This document shows positions 38,545-47,649 of a stretch of 64,000 nucleotides of DNA, in pieces (the stretch's first letter is position 1; each line of letters opens with the position of its first letter). The stretch lies in the IMG/VR virus record IMGVR_UViG_3300028840_001821, one strand, 5' to 3'. The position numbers and the translations under genes are program-made. Source of the DNA: a virus (taxonomy: Duplodnaviria; Heunggongvirae; Uroviricota; Caudoviricetes). The notes beneath the pieces are model-generated. The model was not told the origin of the DNA. It saw only the letters and a program-made list of their open reading frames with translations, and searched no databases.

Positions 38545-39392
38545 AAGTAGGATTCGTATTCATTGGCTACGATCAATTCACTGAGCTAGAGTGGACTGCC
38601 AATATCATCAAGCACCAGTGGGAGAAGTTCGCCGACAGCCCTATCGTTTCTGTGCTGAGTGGAGACCCCGAGGGTGAGTTCGATACCACAAACGTAGACC
38701 GTCACGTGGTCGTGCCGAATATCGTTACGATCAGCCTGGACTATCTGCGTGAGCACTTCATCCCGGCGACGTTCGATATCTCGCCCGGTATCGGCGCAGG
38801 GCATTACCGCGCACCCGCCGACGGCAAGGCGATGGAGTCGATGTGTCAGTCCATGCTGCGGAACTACAAGGTCGGGCTAGAGGCGCTGTTTGATGTTGCT
38901 GACGACGTGGATGTGGTGGTGATCTGTGAGTCCAACATCCTCTTACTCCAAGAGGAGGGGATCTACAACGCCGCCAAGGAGATGTTCGTGAACGGCAAGG
39001 CTATGGCTTGTCAGACGGTGGGCGGCTACGACGACCCCGTGGTGAAGTGGACCGGGCGAGAGATCATGCCACAGGTCTTCATGGTAGACCCGGGCTTTGT
39101 GAAGCGCACCAAGTTCCTCCTCGATCCTGTGAATACGCGTCCCGACTGTCCCGAGATGACGCTGCTGGATAATATCAATGTGGCTCTTGCTGCTGACAAC
39201 CGTGACTTTGAGACAGGCGTACTAAACAAGGGTTCACGTTCTCAGTGGGGTATCCACCAATCCTGGTTCCCGTTTGCTCATCTAGATCGCCCGGTTGGCG
39301 CGGACTCGAACGGCGGACAAGGATGGGAGAGCCGAGAGGCGCAACTATCTTTAGAGAGAGAGGTTCTGACTCGTTTTGGTCTGACGGTCTAG
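38541..39392 (+). CDS. Hypothetical protein (possible GT-A-like)
   Basis: ATGA overlap; MKVGFVFIG N-terminal strand; no firm motif. Confidence 0.5.
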   Translation: MKVGFVFIGYDQFTELEWTANIIKHQWEKFADSPIVSVLSGDPEGEFDTTNVDRHVVVPNIVTISLDYLREHFIPATFDISPGIGAGHYRAPADGKAMESMCQSMLRNYKVGLEALFDVADDVDVVVICESNILLLQEEGIYNAAKEMFVNGKAMACQTVGGYDDPVVKWTGREIMPQVFMVDPGFVKRTKFLLDPVNTRPDCPEMTLLDNINVALAADNRDFETGVLNKGSRSQWGIHQSWFPFAHLDRPVGADSNGGQGWESREAQLSLEREVLTRFGLTV

Positions 39393-39401
39393 GGAGGGAT
39401 A

Positions 39402-40046
39402 ATGGTACCAAAAGCTATCGTCGGAGCACTCGATGGGGTTTTTGTAGATATCAGACACTTGGAGGCTGAGGCATTTCAGTATGCCGTGAAACACGTCACA
39501 GGTGTCAACGTTAGCCCAACTGAACAGATTCGTGACTTCGGTAATCTAACTTTCAATTCCAAGATTGCGCTACTCAACCTGAGTGGCGCCATTTGGTGGA
39601 ATCAGTTGGAGTTAGTACGCGCCATGTACCACGAGCGCATATTTGATATTTTTACCGAAAGAATCAAGCCAGATAATGACATAATACTAGTGGGGGAGTA
39701 CATCCGCGAACACGGATTCTCCCTTGTGTGCGTCACGAATAAGGACTATCAGGTAGCTTTGTTCGCACTTGACTGTTGCGGAGTTCTACCGAGTATACAG
39801 TATATTATCACCCCAGACCAGATTCCGATGGGCAAACCGGCGGCGTTCGGCTATGATGTCGCCCTACACTATTGTCGCACGACTCCTGACGAGACACTGG
39901 TTATTGAATCTGACGTACTTGGCGTGGAAGCTGCTCGTAGCGTTGGGTGCCATGTTCACAGGCTCCCGCGTGGAACGAAGTTGACCGTGCCACTGGTCAC
40001 CACTTTGATTGGCGATGGTGATGACGAAGACTCTCGTAATCGATAA
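39402..40046 (+). CDS. HAD-like protein, degenerate paralogue of 36562..37182
   Basis: VGALDGVFVD (first Asp lost); CVTNK; KPAAFGY; VIESD. Confidence 0.7.
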   Translation: MVPKAIVGALDGVFVDIRHLEAEAFQYAVKHVTGVNVSPTEQIRDFGNLTFNSKIALLNLSGAIWWNQLELVRAMYHERIFDIFTERIKPDNDIILVGEYIREHGFSLVCVTNKDYQVALFALDCCGVLPSIQYIITPDQIPMGKPAAFGYDVALHYCRTTPDETLVIESDVLGVEAARSVGCHVHRLPRGTKLTVPLVTTLIGDGDDEDSRNR

Positions 40047-40452
40047 GTATTGGAAGACAGTTGAGATTGATCTGGAAAACCCAGATCCGATGCTGAAAAC
40101 CCACTGCGCGCTGTGCTGGCGTCCTCTCTTTCCTGAGTGGCAGAATAAGGATGGCATACGTGAGATTGGGGAGCAGGCTGTCGCGGCTATCTGTTGGAAG
40201 TGTTCCTCTTACGGACCAGACAAGAGACTACAAATTCAGACTGCTGAGGAGATGAAAGAGGAGCGCCTAAAGGAGAGGAAGGAACGCGCTAAAGAGCGGC
40301 GTAAATTCTACATCCCGAAGCGCAAGAAGAAAGTGAAAGAGCGGGCAGATCAACTGAACAAGCGTCCATGTGGCTGTTCACTTAAGGGGCGTCACAAGGC
40401 GTCGTGTCCGCAAGCAGAAGGATATAAGACAAAGGGTGATTCAGATGCCTGA
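40021..40452 (+). CDS. Basic hypothetical protein with Cys motifs
   Basis: CALC...CWKC; K/R-rich region; CGC...H...C at C-terminus. Confidence 0.55.
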   Translation: MTKTLVIDKYWKTVEIDLENPDPMLKTHCALCWRPLFPEWQNKDGIREIGEQAVAAICWKCSSYGPDKRLQIQTAEEMKEERLKERKERAKERRKFYIPKRKKKVKERADQLNKRPCGCSLKGRHKASCPQAEGYKTKGDSDA

Positions 40453-40924
40453 TAAGATCGTAAAGTATGCTCACGTAGCAGAGATCATCGACCGCATTGC
40501 GATTGAGATTCTCAAGGTACACGAGTTCATTTACCAGTCCTATACGGCAGCAGATGAAGACGCAGCCAAGGCGTGCATGGAGAAGGCTGGGGCTGCGGGT
40601 CAGACTGCTGATTTCCAAGAGGGCGTTCTGCGCGAGCGACTACGCCTAGAGCACGAGCAGGGCGACGATCTGGCTGACGTGTTGATCGGCGCGATCCACA
40701 TCTCCGTGGGCGCGGGTATTGTCTCACAGTATGAGAACTTGAAGCGCAAAGAACACAAGGGCGTTGCTCAGGGCGCGGAGCCACGTGTGGGTCTCATTGC
40801 AGCGTGGGATGGCGTAAGCCGCGATGCGTGTGAGCTACGGGGTAACGGGAAGTCAGCCCTAAACATGGCACTTAAGAAGTTTCTACCGAAGTACGAGTAC
40901 CCGGTAGAGGGGCGCACGTTCTAA
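40445..40924 (+). CDS. Hypothetical protein
   Basis: ATG 40445 within ORF 40370..40924; helical composition. Confidence 0.5.
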   Translation: MPDKIVKYAHVAEIIDRIAIEILKVHEFIYQSYTAADEDAAKACMEKAGAAGQTADFQEGVLRERLRLEHEQGDDLADVLIGAIHISVGAGIVSQYENLKRKEHKGVAQGAEPRVGLIAAWDGVSRDACELRGNGKSALNMALKKFLPKYEYPVEGRTF

Positions 40925-40925
40925 A

Positions 40926-41654
40926 ATGCCTGACCATATCTTTGTTACTGGACCGGCGCGGAGTGGCACAAGTCTGTTGCTCATGCTTATGCCGTATATC
41001 ACCAACTGTAAGGTGTATACCAGGAGCGAAATGCACCCATTGATGAGAGAGCGGTATATGGAAAGGTTCTTAGAACTAGCCCATATTCATAACGATCGTT
41101 ATGTTGTTACGAAACAGCCGTTCGGTTTTTGGGAAGAGTGGGGTAACTATTGTTTCCAAGATCTCTTTGATAGGGGCGAGCGTATTATTTGTACCATCCG
41201 CGATCCCCGAGATGTTGCGGTATCACATAATCCACACGCAGAGCAGAGATACTTTTGGCACCCAAAGTCGTGGGAGCGTACGGCAAACGAGATTCTATTA
41301 CATCAAAACAACCCCGACCTTCTCGTAATCAAATATGAAGAACTCGTGGTTGATACGGACATCATAATGAGACGTATCGCTAACTTTCTTCATGAGGAGG
41401 TAATTGAAGGGTATGACAAGTTTCATGAAGAACAAGATGTAGATCGGGAGTTTCAGAAGCACGACTCCGCCGAGCTAGCTGGTAAGCGCGTGTGGGATAC
41501 TTTGGGGGGCTGGGGAGTGCCACACAAGCGTCCGATATCGCCGGACCGAATTGGACAATGGAGGAAGCCGGAGAATAGAGAACAGTCGGATACGGTGTCT
41601 GCGGAGATACGAATGTTAGCCCGGAGGCTGGGCTACGATATGACGGAGGTTTAG
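40926..41654 (+). CDS. Sulfotransferase
   Basis: 5'-PSB loop VTGPARSGTSLL; 3'-PB motif IRDPRDVAVS; IKYEELV. Confidence 0.85.
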   Translation: MPDHIFVTGPARSGTSLLLMLMPYITNCKVYTRSEMHPLMRERYMERFLELAHIHNDRYVVTKQPFGFWEEWGNYCFQDLFDRGERIICTIRDPRDVAVSHNPHAEQRYFWHPKSWERTANEILLHQNNPDLLVIKYEELVVDTDIIMRRIANFLHEEVIEGYDKFHEEQDVDREFQKHDSAELAGKRVWDTLGGWGVPHKRPISPDRIGQWRKPENREQSDTVSAEIRMLARRLGYDMTEV

Positions 41655-42632
41655 ATGAAGGTTCTGATTGTTGGGGGTGCGGGTTACATCGGCGGCGCGT
41701 TGGTTGATATCCTACGTGCGGCGAACTTCCAGAAAGATGCGTCTCATACTGAGATTCACGTGTATGATAGTCTTCTCTACGAGCGTCAGTATCTCAAGGA
41801 CGTGCAGTTCCACTATGGAGATATCCGCGAGCGCCATAAGCTACTGAGGCTGATCGAAGGTGAAGACTTCGACACGATCGTATGGCTGGCGGCTCTGGTT
41901 GGCGATCCGGCGTGTAGTATTGACCCGGCGCTGACGAAAGAGATCAACCAGGATTCGGTAGAGTGGCTGGCAAGCGTGGCTGGCGACCGCCGTATCATCT
42001 TCATGAGCACGTGTTCTGTGTATGGTACTGCGCCTCGTGGTACGCTGCTCAAGGAAGACGCTGGAACTAATCCACTGTCTGAGTATGCGAAGACCAAACT
42101 GGCGGCTGAAAGGTTTCTTGAAGATAAGAACGCCGTCATCTTCCGTCTTGGCACCGTCTATGGGCTTGGTGACAAGTTCGCTCGTCCGCGCTTCGACCTC
42201 GTGGTCAATATCATGACCGCCAATATGGTGCGCAATGGCGAGCTAACCGTGCATGGTGGCGATCAGATGCGCCCGCTCGTTCACGTGAAAGACATTGCTC
42301 GGATTATTGCCTACGCTGCGCGTAAGGATATGACCGGCATCTACAACGTGGCGCAGTGCAACTGTCGCATCGACGAGTTGGCACAGACAATCCAGGAGAC
42401 TCTGAACTTTGGCGAGATTAAGACCACGGAGCGTGAAGGCGACGGAATGGATGCCCGAGACTACGCGGCGTCAACCGAGAAGTTTAAGCGTGATTTCCCG
42501 CTGGGGTTTGATTACTCGCTGGAACGCGCTATTGCGGAGATCGCGGCAGCAGTAGCTTCGCGCCGGATCAAGAACCACCGGCACCCGATCTTCAACAACA
42601 AGAAGAACATTGAGGAGAAACTCAGTGAGTAA
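41655..42632 (+). CDS. NAD-dependent epimerase/dehydratase (extended SDR)
   Basis: GGAGYIG; WLAALVGDPAC; STCSVYG; YAKTK; RPRFDLVVN. Confidence 0.9.
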   Translation: MKVLIVGGAGYIGGALVDILRAANFQKDASHTEIHVYDSLLYERQYLKDVQFHYGDIRERHKLLRLIEGEDFDTIVWLAALVGDPACSIDPALTKEINQDSVEWLASVAGDRRIIFMSTCSVYGTAPRGTLLKEDAGTNPLSEYAKTKLAAERFLEDKNAVIFRLGTVYGLGDKFARPRFDLVVNIMTANMVRNGELTVHGGDQMRPLVHVKDIARIIAYAARKDMTGIYNVAQCNCRIDELAQTIQETLNFGEIKTTEREGDGMDARDYAASTEKFKRDFPLGFDYSLERAIAEIAAAVASRRIKNHRHPIFNNKKNIEEKLSE

Positions 42633-43170
42633 AAGGCTAGAATTGAGAGACCTGCCGTCTTATACGGACGATAGAGGTATTCTCACTCCGGTTTGGAATG
42701 ACTGGAGCCGTGGAGACGACGATCAGTATGAGGGGCTTCGTGTCAGCGGGGCTAATGCGAAGACGTGTGCTGGTATTGATCTTGATGATGTAAAGCGTGT
42801 CTACTTCATCAACAACAGCCAGAAGGGGGTGGTTCGCGGCTTTCACTTTCACAATCACGAGACCAAGTATTTTGTCGTACTACGTGGGATGGCTAAGTTC
42901 GTCGCGGTTCGGGCAACTGGCACAGAGCAGATCGGCGACGAGCCAGAGAAGCATACGTTTGACGAGAATAACGTGGATGCGTTTGTTCTTACCGAGCGTA
43001 AGCCGCAGATGTTGATCATTCCGCCCGGCTATGCGAATGGCTGGGTAAGCCTTACGGATGACTGTCTATTACTCTCTCTTTCGTCTTCGACGTTTGACCA
43101 AAGTAAGGGCGACGACTTCCGATATCCGCCGGACCTATTCGGCGACGTGTGGAGCGTAGAACCACGATGA
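42625..43170 (+). CDS. RmlC-like cupin sugar 3,5-epimerase
   Basis: DDRG; VVRGFHFH; LIIPPGYANG; DDFR. Confidence 0.82.
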   Translation: MSKRLELRDLPSYTDDRGILTPVWNDWSRGDDDQYEGLRVSGANAKTCAGIDLDDVKRVYFINNSQKGVVRGFHFHNHETKYFVVLRGMAKFVAVRATGTEQIGDEPEKHTFDENNVDAFVLTERKPQMLIIPPGYANGWVSLTDDCLLLSLSSSTFDQSKGDDFRYPPDLFGDVWSVEPR

Positions 43171-44063
43171 GCAAGCCAAAGGTTCTAGTACTTGGTGCTA
43201 CGGGGATGCTCGGGCATCAGGTATTTCAATACTTGAATAATGGGTCGGAATACGAGGTTGTCGGGACGTGTCGTGAGCCCGATACTCGTATACAGAAGCG
43301 GATGTACGGGCGTACCCACGCCGTGTTGGACGTGCTGCTTGGTCACGAAGACCAGTTGCGCGACCTCTTCACGGAACACGGTCCGTTTGAATACATCATC
43401 AACTGCATCGGTGCGATTAAGCCGACGATCAATGAGGGGAATCCCGCCTCGGTAGCGGATGCCATTCGCCTCAACTCCATCTTCCCGCACGAGCTAGCCG
43501 TGATGGCTGGTGAGTTCGGTGGCAAGATTTTCCACCCCAGCACTGATTGCGTGTTCAGTGGCGACAAGCGTATGCCGTATAAGGAAAGCGACCTACCGGA
43601 TGCTACTGACGTATACGGGCGCTCAAAGGTTCTCGGCGAGTGTCCGCAGGCGATGAACATTCGCACGTCCATTGTCGGTCCGGAGATGAACACCCAGCGG
43701 TCGCTTCTTGAGTGGTATCTCGATCAGGATGGCGAGGTCAATGGCTTCGTCAATCATCACTGGAACGGGATGACCACCTACCAGTGGGCAAAGGTCGTTT
43801 ACACGATCATGAAGATGGGCTGGTGGAAGCCGGGTATCCAGCACATGCCATCTCTTCCGGTCTCGAAAGAGAACCTACTATGGGCATTCAAGAAAGAGTT
43901 TGCCCGGGTCGGTCGGGTGTGTGCGGATATTAAGCCTGTCAAGGCTCCGCAAGAGAAGTGGATGACTCTGAAGACAGAGTATCCGGTGTATATGATGCAG
44001 CTTACTGTTCCGCACATCATTGATCAGGTGCGAGAACTCGTTCAGAAGAGGTATACGTCATGA
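43167..44063 (+). CDS. RmlD-like NDP-4-keto-sugar reductase
   Basis: LGATGMLG; INCIG; STDCVFSG; YGRSK; RTSIVG. Confidence 0.87.
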   Translation: MSKPKVLVLGATGMLGHQVFQYLNNGSEYEVVGTCREPDTRIQKRMYGRTHAVLDVLLGHEDQLRDLFTEHGPFEYIINCIGAIKPTINEGNPASVADAIRLNSIFPHELAVMAGEFGGKIFHPSTDCVFSGDKRMPYKESDLPDATDVYGRSKVLGECPQAMNIRTSIVGPEMNTQRSLLEWYLDQDGEVNGFVNHHWNGMTTYQWAKVVYTIMKMGWWKPGIQHMPSLPVSKENLLWAFKKEFARVGRVCADIKPVKAPQEKWMTLKTEYPVYMMQLTVPHIIDQVRELVQKRYTS

Positions 44064-45220
44064 AGAAGGTGGTAGTCTTTGCCGCCGGGCGACCGGACTT
44101 TGCTCGGTTGGCGCGGCTGATTGAGAACCTGGACGCAGATCGAGATATCGAGTGTATCTTCATCAACAGCGGTCAGCATTCTCATACGGACGTGCTTGAT
44201 CGTGCGTTTATTGAGAACCTTGGATTGCGCGAGCCGGACTACAACCTCGGCATCGGCGCGAAGGGCGAGAACTGGTATGAGCAGCTAAGCCGCCTATTCT
44301 ATCGGCTACCCGAGTTGCTGGCAGAGATCAAGCCGGACCTCTTCGTCAACCTGGGCGATATGAATCCGTGCCTGAGTGGTCTCATTGCGAAGCGCATGGG
44401 TATCAAGTACGCCAGGATCGAGTGCGCGATGCGGTCGGGCAAACTTGAGACAGCCTATAAGAACTTCGACTTGCCGGAGGAGATCAACCGGGTGGCGATG
44501 GACGCTATCGCGGACCACAAGTTCGTGTATCTCCATGAGTATGTGCCACACCTAATCCGCGAGGGTCATCTACCAGAGACGATCCACGTGGTTGGGAATA
44601 CGATCATCGAGGCGCTGGACTACTACGTCACCAAGTGGGGTATCCAACCCACCGTGGGCGACTATGACCTTGTGTCGTTCCATCGCGGCAACAACATGAA
44701 CGAGAAGAACCTCACCTACTTCGTTCACCTACTGCGCGAGATCTATCAGGGCGGGCGCAAGGCTAAGTTCGTCTGTTACGGGCGCACACGGAAGGAGCTA
44801 GAGAAGTACGGTTTGCTCGACTTCATTCCGGACAGCGTGGAGATTCTCGACTCACAGACACAGGAGGATTTCTTGCGGCTCGTCGCCGGGTGTAACGTCG
44901 TGGTCAGCGACAGTGGTTCTACCTCATCTGAGGAGTCTCACTACTTCCGGAAGCCATGCCTGATCCTACGGGATTCTACAGAGCGTCCGACAACCCTGAT
45001 TCCTAACAATCCGGACGACGGTAATGCGTTTCTGTGGACTATGAGGATTCAGGATGACGTTGCCTTATATGGTGCGCTGCGTTCAATGAACCGCGCATGG
45101 GATAATTACTACTACGACTCCTACAACGACTATACGCCGTCGCAGAATATCGTGGCAGTGATCAAAAAGATTCTGGAAGACAAGCCCCGCTGTAAGGGCG
45201 GTTGCAAGTGCAAAAAGTAA
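44060..45220 (+). CDS. UDP-GlcNAc 2-epimerase-like protein (WecB/FnlC type)
   Basis: GRPD; SGQH; LGDMN; PEEINR; VVGNT; SDSG...EE; LRDSTERP. Confidence 0.85.
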   Translation: MKKVVVFAAGRPDFARLARLIENLDADRDIECIFINSGQHSHTDVLDRAFIENLGLREPDYNLGIGAKGENWYEQLSRLFYRLPELLAEIKPDLFVNLGDMNPCLSGLIAKRMGIKYARIECAMRSGKLETAYKNFDLPEEINRVAMDAIADHKFVYLHEYVPHLIREGHLPETIHVVGNTIIEALDYYVTKWGIQPTVGDYDLVSFHRGNNMNEKNLTYFVHLLREIYQGGRKAKFVCYGRTRKELEKYGLLDFIPDSVEILDSQTQEDFLRLVAGCNVVVSDSGSTSSEESHYFRKPCLILRDSTERPTTLIPNNPDDGNAFLWTMRIQDDVALYGALRSMNRAWDNYYYDSYNDYTPSQNIVAVIKKILEDKPRCKGGCKCKK

Positions 45221-45230
45221 TGGGGGAAGT

Positions 45231-46349
45231 ATGAGAGTTCTCATTCTTGGGGGTTGCGGCGCGATCGGGTCGAACATCGCCCGCTTTTTCGTGAAGAAGG
45301 GTTACAACGTCCATGTGATGGACAATCTAACCCGCTACGGTGTTCATAACAATCTAGCAGAGTTCAAGAAGCTAGGTATTAGGTTCTTTCATGGCGACGT
45401 GCGTTGTATGGAAGACTTTGCACGGTTGCCGGGTGAGTACAACGTAGTCGTTGACTGTGCCGCTCAACCTACGGCGGTTGACGGGTATAACAATCCGCAG
45501 TATGACTACACGAACAACACGGCTGGCGTCGTGAATACGCTGGAGTATATCCGCGCCGGGAATGCTCAGTCCTTGATCTTCTTCTCCACGAATAAGGTCT
45601 ACAGCGCCGACGTGATCAACGAGGCTCCTCGTAAGCTGGAAGGAGACCGTTGGGTGTGGGACTGGCAGGCGCTCATCGACGACGAGAACCCGTATATCTC
45701 CTTCCCTGACGGCTATGAGGCTCCAGAGGGCTTCGATCCGGCGCTTGGATACTCGTCTGACCTGACCATCAACGGCGCTGAGAAGTCCATCTACGGGGCT
45801 TCTAAGGCGTCTGCGGATATCCTGGTGCGGGAGTGGTCCCACGCCTTTGGTATCCCGGCGATCGTGAACCGGTTCTCCTGCCTCGCGGGACCGTGTCAGT
45901 GGGGCAAGCCGGAGCAGGGATGGGTCGCGTGGTGGATGATCGCGGCGCTCCTGGGACTCCCGATCGAGTACATCGGATGGCAGGGCGCACAGGTCCGGGA
46001 CGTGCTCTGGACGGACGACCTCTGCCCATTAATGCACTTACAGGCAATTGCCCTAAGCGCCGATCCGGAGCGGTATATCGGCTCCGTTTACAATGTCGGC
46101 GGCGGCGCGGGATCTACTCTTTCTTTACGAGAAGCCACTCAGATTGTCGAGAAAATCAGTCGTAAACGGCTTCAAATATCGTATAATAAGGAAGAGAGAA
46201 TGGCGGATCACTGTATCTATATCTCAGATATCAGCGCCGTTTCTCAGGAGTTCGGATGGACACCAAAGGTGACCATCGAAGAGGGTTATCGTCAAGTTCA
46301 CCGCTGGGTGAAAGATAACAGGAAGTTACTTGAAGGGATGTATAAGTAA
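45231..46349 (+). CDS. rfbE: CDP-paratose 2-epimerase (tyvelose epimerase)-like SDR
   Basis: GGCGAIG; GDVR; FSTNKVY; YGASK; RFSCLAGPCQWGKPEQGWVAWW; QVRDVL, all RfbE-family hallmarks. Confidence 0.8.
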   Translation: MRVLILGGCGAIGSNIARFFVKKGYNVHVMDNLTRYGVHNNLAEFKKLGIRFFHGDVRCMEDFARLPGEYNVVVDCAAQPTAVDGYNNPQYDYTNNTAGVVNTLEYIRAGNAQSLIFFSTNKVYSADVINEAPRKLEGDRWVWDWQALIDDENPYISFPDGYEAPEGFDPALGYSSDLTINGAEKSIYGASKASADILVREWSHAFGIPAIVNRFSCLAGPCQWGKPEQGWVAWWMIAALLGLPIEYIGWQGAQVRDVLWTDDLCPLMHLQAIALSADPERYIGSVYNVGGGAGSTLSLREATQIVEKISRKRLQISYNKEERMADHCIYISDISAVSQEFGWTPKVTIEEGYRQVHRWVKDNRKLLEGMYK

Positions 46350-46939
46350 TGAGTCATTTAGACGATGCTAAGAGAGCCCAGGTGACCAGTGAAAAGGCAC
46401 GGGTTCTTTCTACCAAGCAGAAGATTAGGTTTTTGGAGATGCTAAAGCGTCAGGCATCTCAGTTCGAGTTCAAGAATAAGATGAACTTGCTGCCGAGCGA
46501 TATCGGTCGCCTTAAGCGCGAACTTGAGGTAGAGACTATCCGCGATATGAATCGTGCTATTGCCCGGCTTGACAAGCAGCTTGACCGCGAACGCCTACAG
46601 GAAGTTGGCAGGGACAACACCATGCCGGTTCCTCGTCAGGAAGACGCGCCCGCCAAACCGGAGAAAACGATTGCGGATTCTCCTGTCGTGAATGCTAAGT
46701 TCGAGGGCTTTGAGTCCAAGCAACTTGAGAAGCGTCGTGAAAAGATCTTCCAACTGGTTGCTGAGAGCGAGATGTACCGCGACTTCAGAATCCCGAAGAA
46801 GGATGAGGCAAGTTTCCTCAATCGACTTCATCTCGGCAAACGTGTTCTCTCACGCATGTTCAGCGTACCCACCATCGTAATCGTCAAGGAGGCGCTTCGC
46901 CTCGATCCGAAACTCGATCCGGATTCCCTAAATAACTAA
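46349..46939 (+). CDS. Hypothetical protein, 196 aa
   Basis: TAATG overlap; charged, helical composition. Confidence 0.55.
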   Translation: MSHLDDAKRAQVTSEKARVLSTKQKIRFLEMLKRQASQFEFKNKMNLLPSDIGRLKRELEVETIRDMNRAIARLDKQLDRERLQEVGRDNTMPVPRQEDAPAKPEKTIADSPVVNAKFEGFESKQLEKRREKIFQLVAESEMYRDFRIPKKDEASFLNRLHLGKRVLSRMFSVPTIVIVKEALRLDPKLDPDSLNN

Positions 46940-46975
46940 GAAAGAAATCTAGCTCTATTGCCATAATACTTATGG
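46940..46975 (+). promoter_or_regulatory. Promoter-like motif copy 3 (GAAA-N16-GCCATAAT-N3-TATGG)
   Basis: GAAA 46940-46943 and GCCATAAT 46960-46967, intergenic, just after the end of the glycan island. Confidence 0.6.
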
Positions 46976-47001
46976 GAGCGGTCCACTTTTTGGAGTGATT
47001 C

Positions 47002-47649
47002 ATGAGCGATAAAGAACTGACTCAAGATGAGATGCATAAACTCTTGAAGGAGGAACCGAGCCACGACTGGCTCCAGTACCTCCGCAGTGATGAGTTTGAC
47101 GGTGAAGGCAAAGACAAGGCTCCTATTCTCAAGGGGCTGAGAAGGCTTGCCAATATCCGTGGCATCGTAGAAATGCGAATTGACAATCTTGGTGTGACTT
47201 CATACCAATCTACTCGGTACAAGAAGGGGGAGACCGTCGAGATTCCTCTGGCGTTTGTCAGCGTGCGTGTGAAGTTTGCCGACGGGATTGAGGTCTCGGA
47301 TGCGGCAGATTGTCACTACGGCAACTGTATGAAATACGGCAACTTCCCCGTGGCGACTGCTACGTCGCGTGCGATGGGTCGTTGCTTCGCCCGTGCGTTC
47401 AACATCGAGCGAGCGGCGGAAGAGATGGACCCGATGACGTCACATGACGCATTCGCGGACCCGGACGAACTAATTAGTGACCTCCAGATTCGCGGTATCA
47501 AGACGATGGCGAAGACCCGGAAGCTTGATATTGATGAAATCCTGGAGACTTTGTTTCCCAAGAAGACGACGGCTAAACGTAAACTGGAAAAGCTTTCGAG
47601 TATCGAAGCAACTAAGGTTAGCCGTTATATTAACGACAGGAAGGCGTGA
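47002..47649 (+). CDS. Putative single-strand annealing protein (Rad52/Erf-like)
   Basis: LKGLRRLA...VSVRVKF...SDAAD...ATATSRAMGRCFARAF...AAEEM and a C-terminal ISDLQIRGI helix resemble phage SSAPs. Confidence 0.5.
   Translation: MSDKELTQDEMHKLLKEEPSHDWLQYLRSDEFDGEGKDKAPILKGLRRLANIRGIVEMRIDNLGVTSYQSTRYKKGETVEIPLAFVSVRVKFADGIEVSDAADCHYGNCMKYGNFPVATATSRAMGRCFARAFNIERAAEEMDPMTSHDAFADPDELISDLQIRGIKTMAKTRKLDIDEILETLFPKKTTAKRKLEKLSSIEATKVSRYINDRKA

Noticed and set aside
19059-46349. Bacterial O-antigen/capsule locus
   Set aside because: No flippase, polymerase, ABC exporter or initiating phosphoglycosyltransferase recognised; interrupted by phage HNH genes and flanked by phage-type replication and structural genes.
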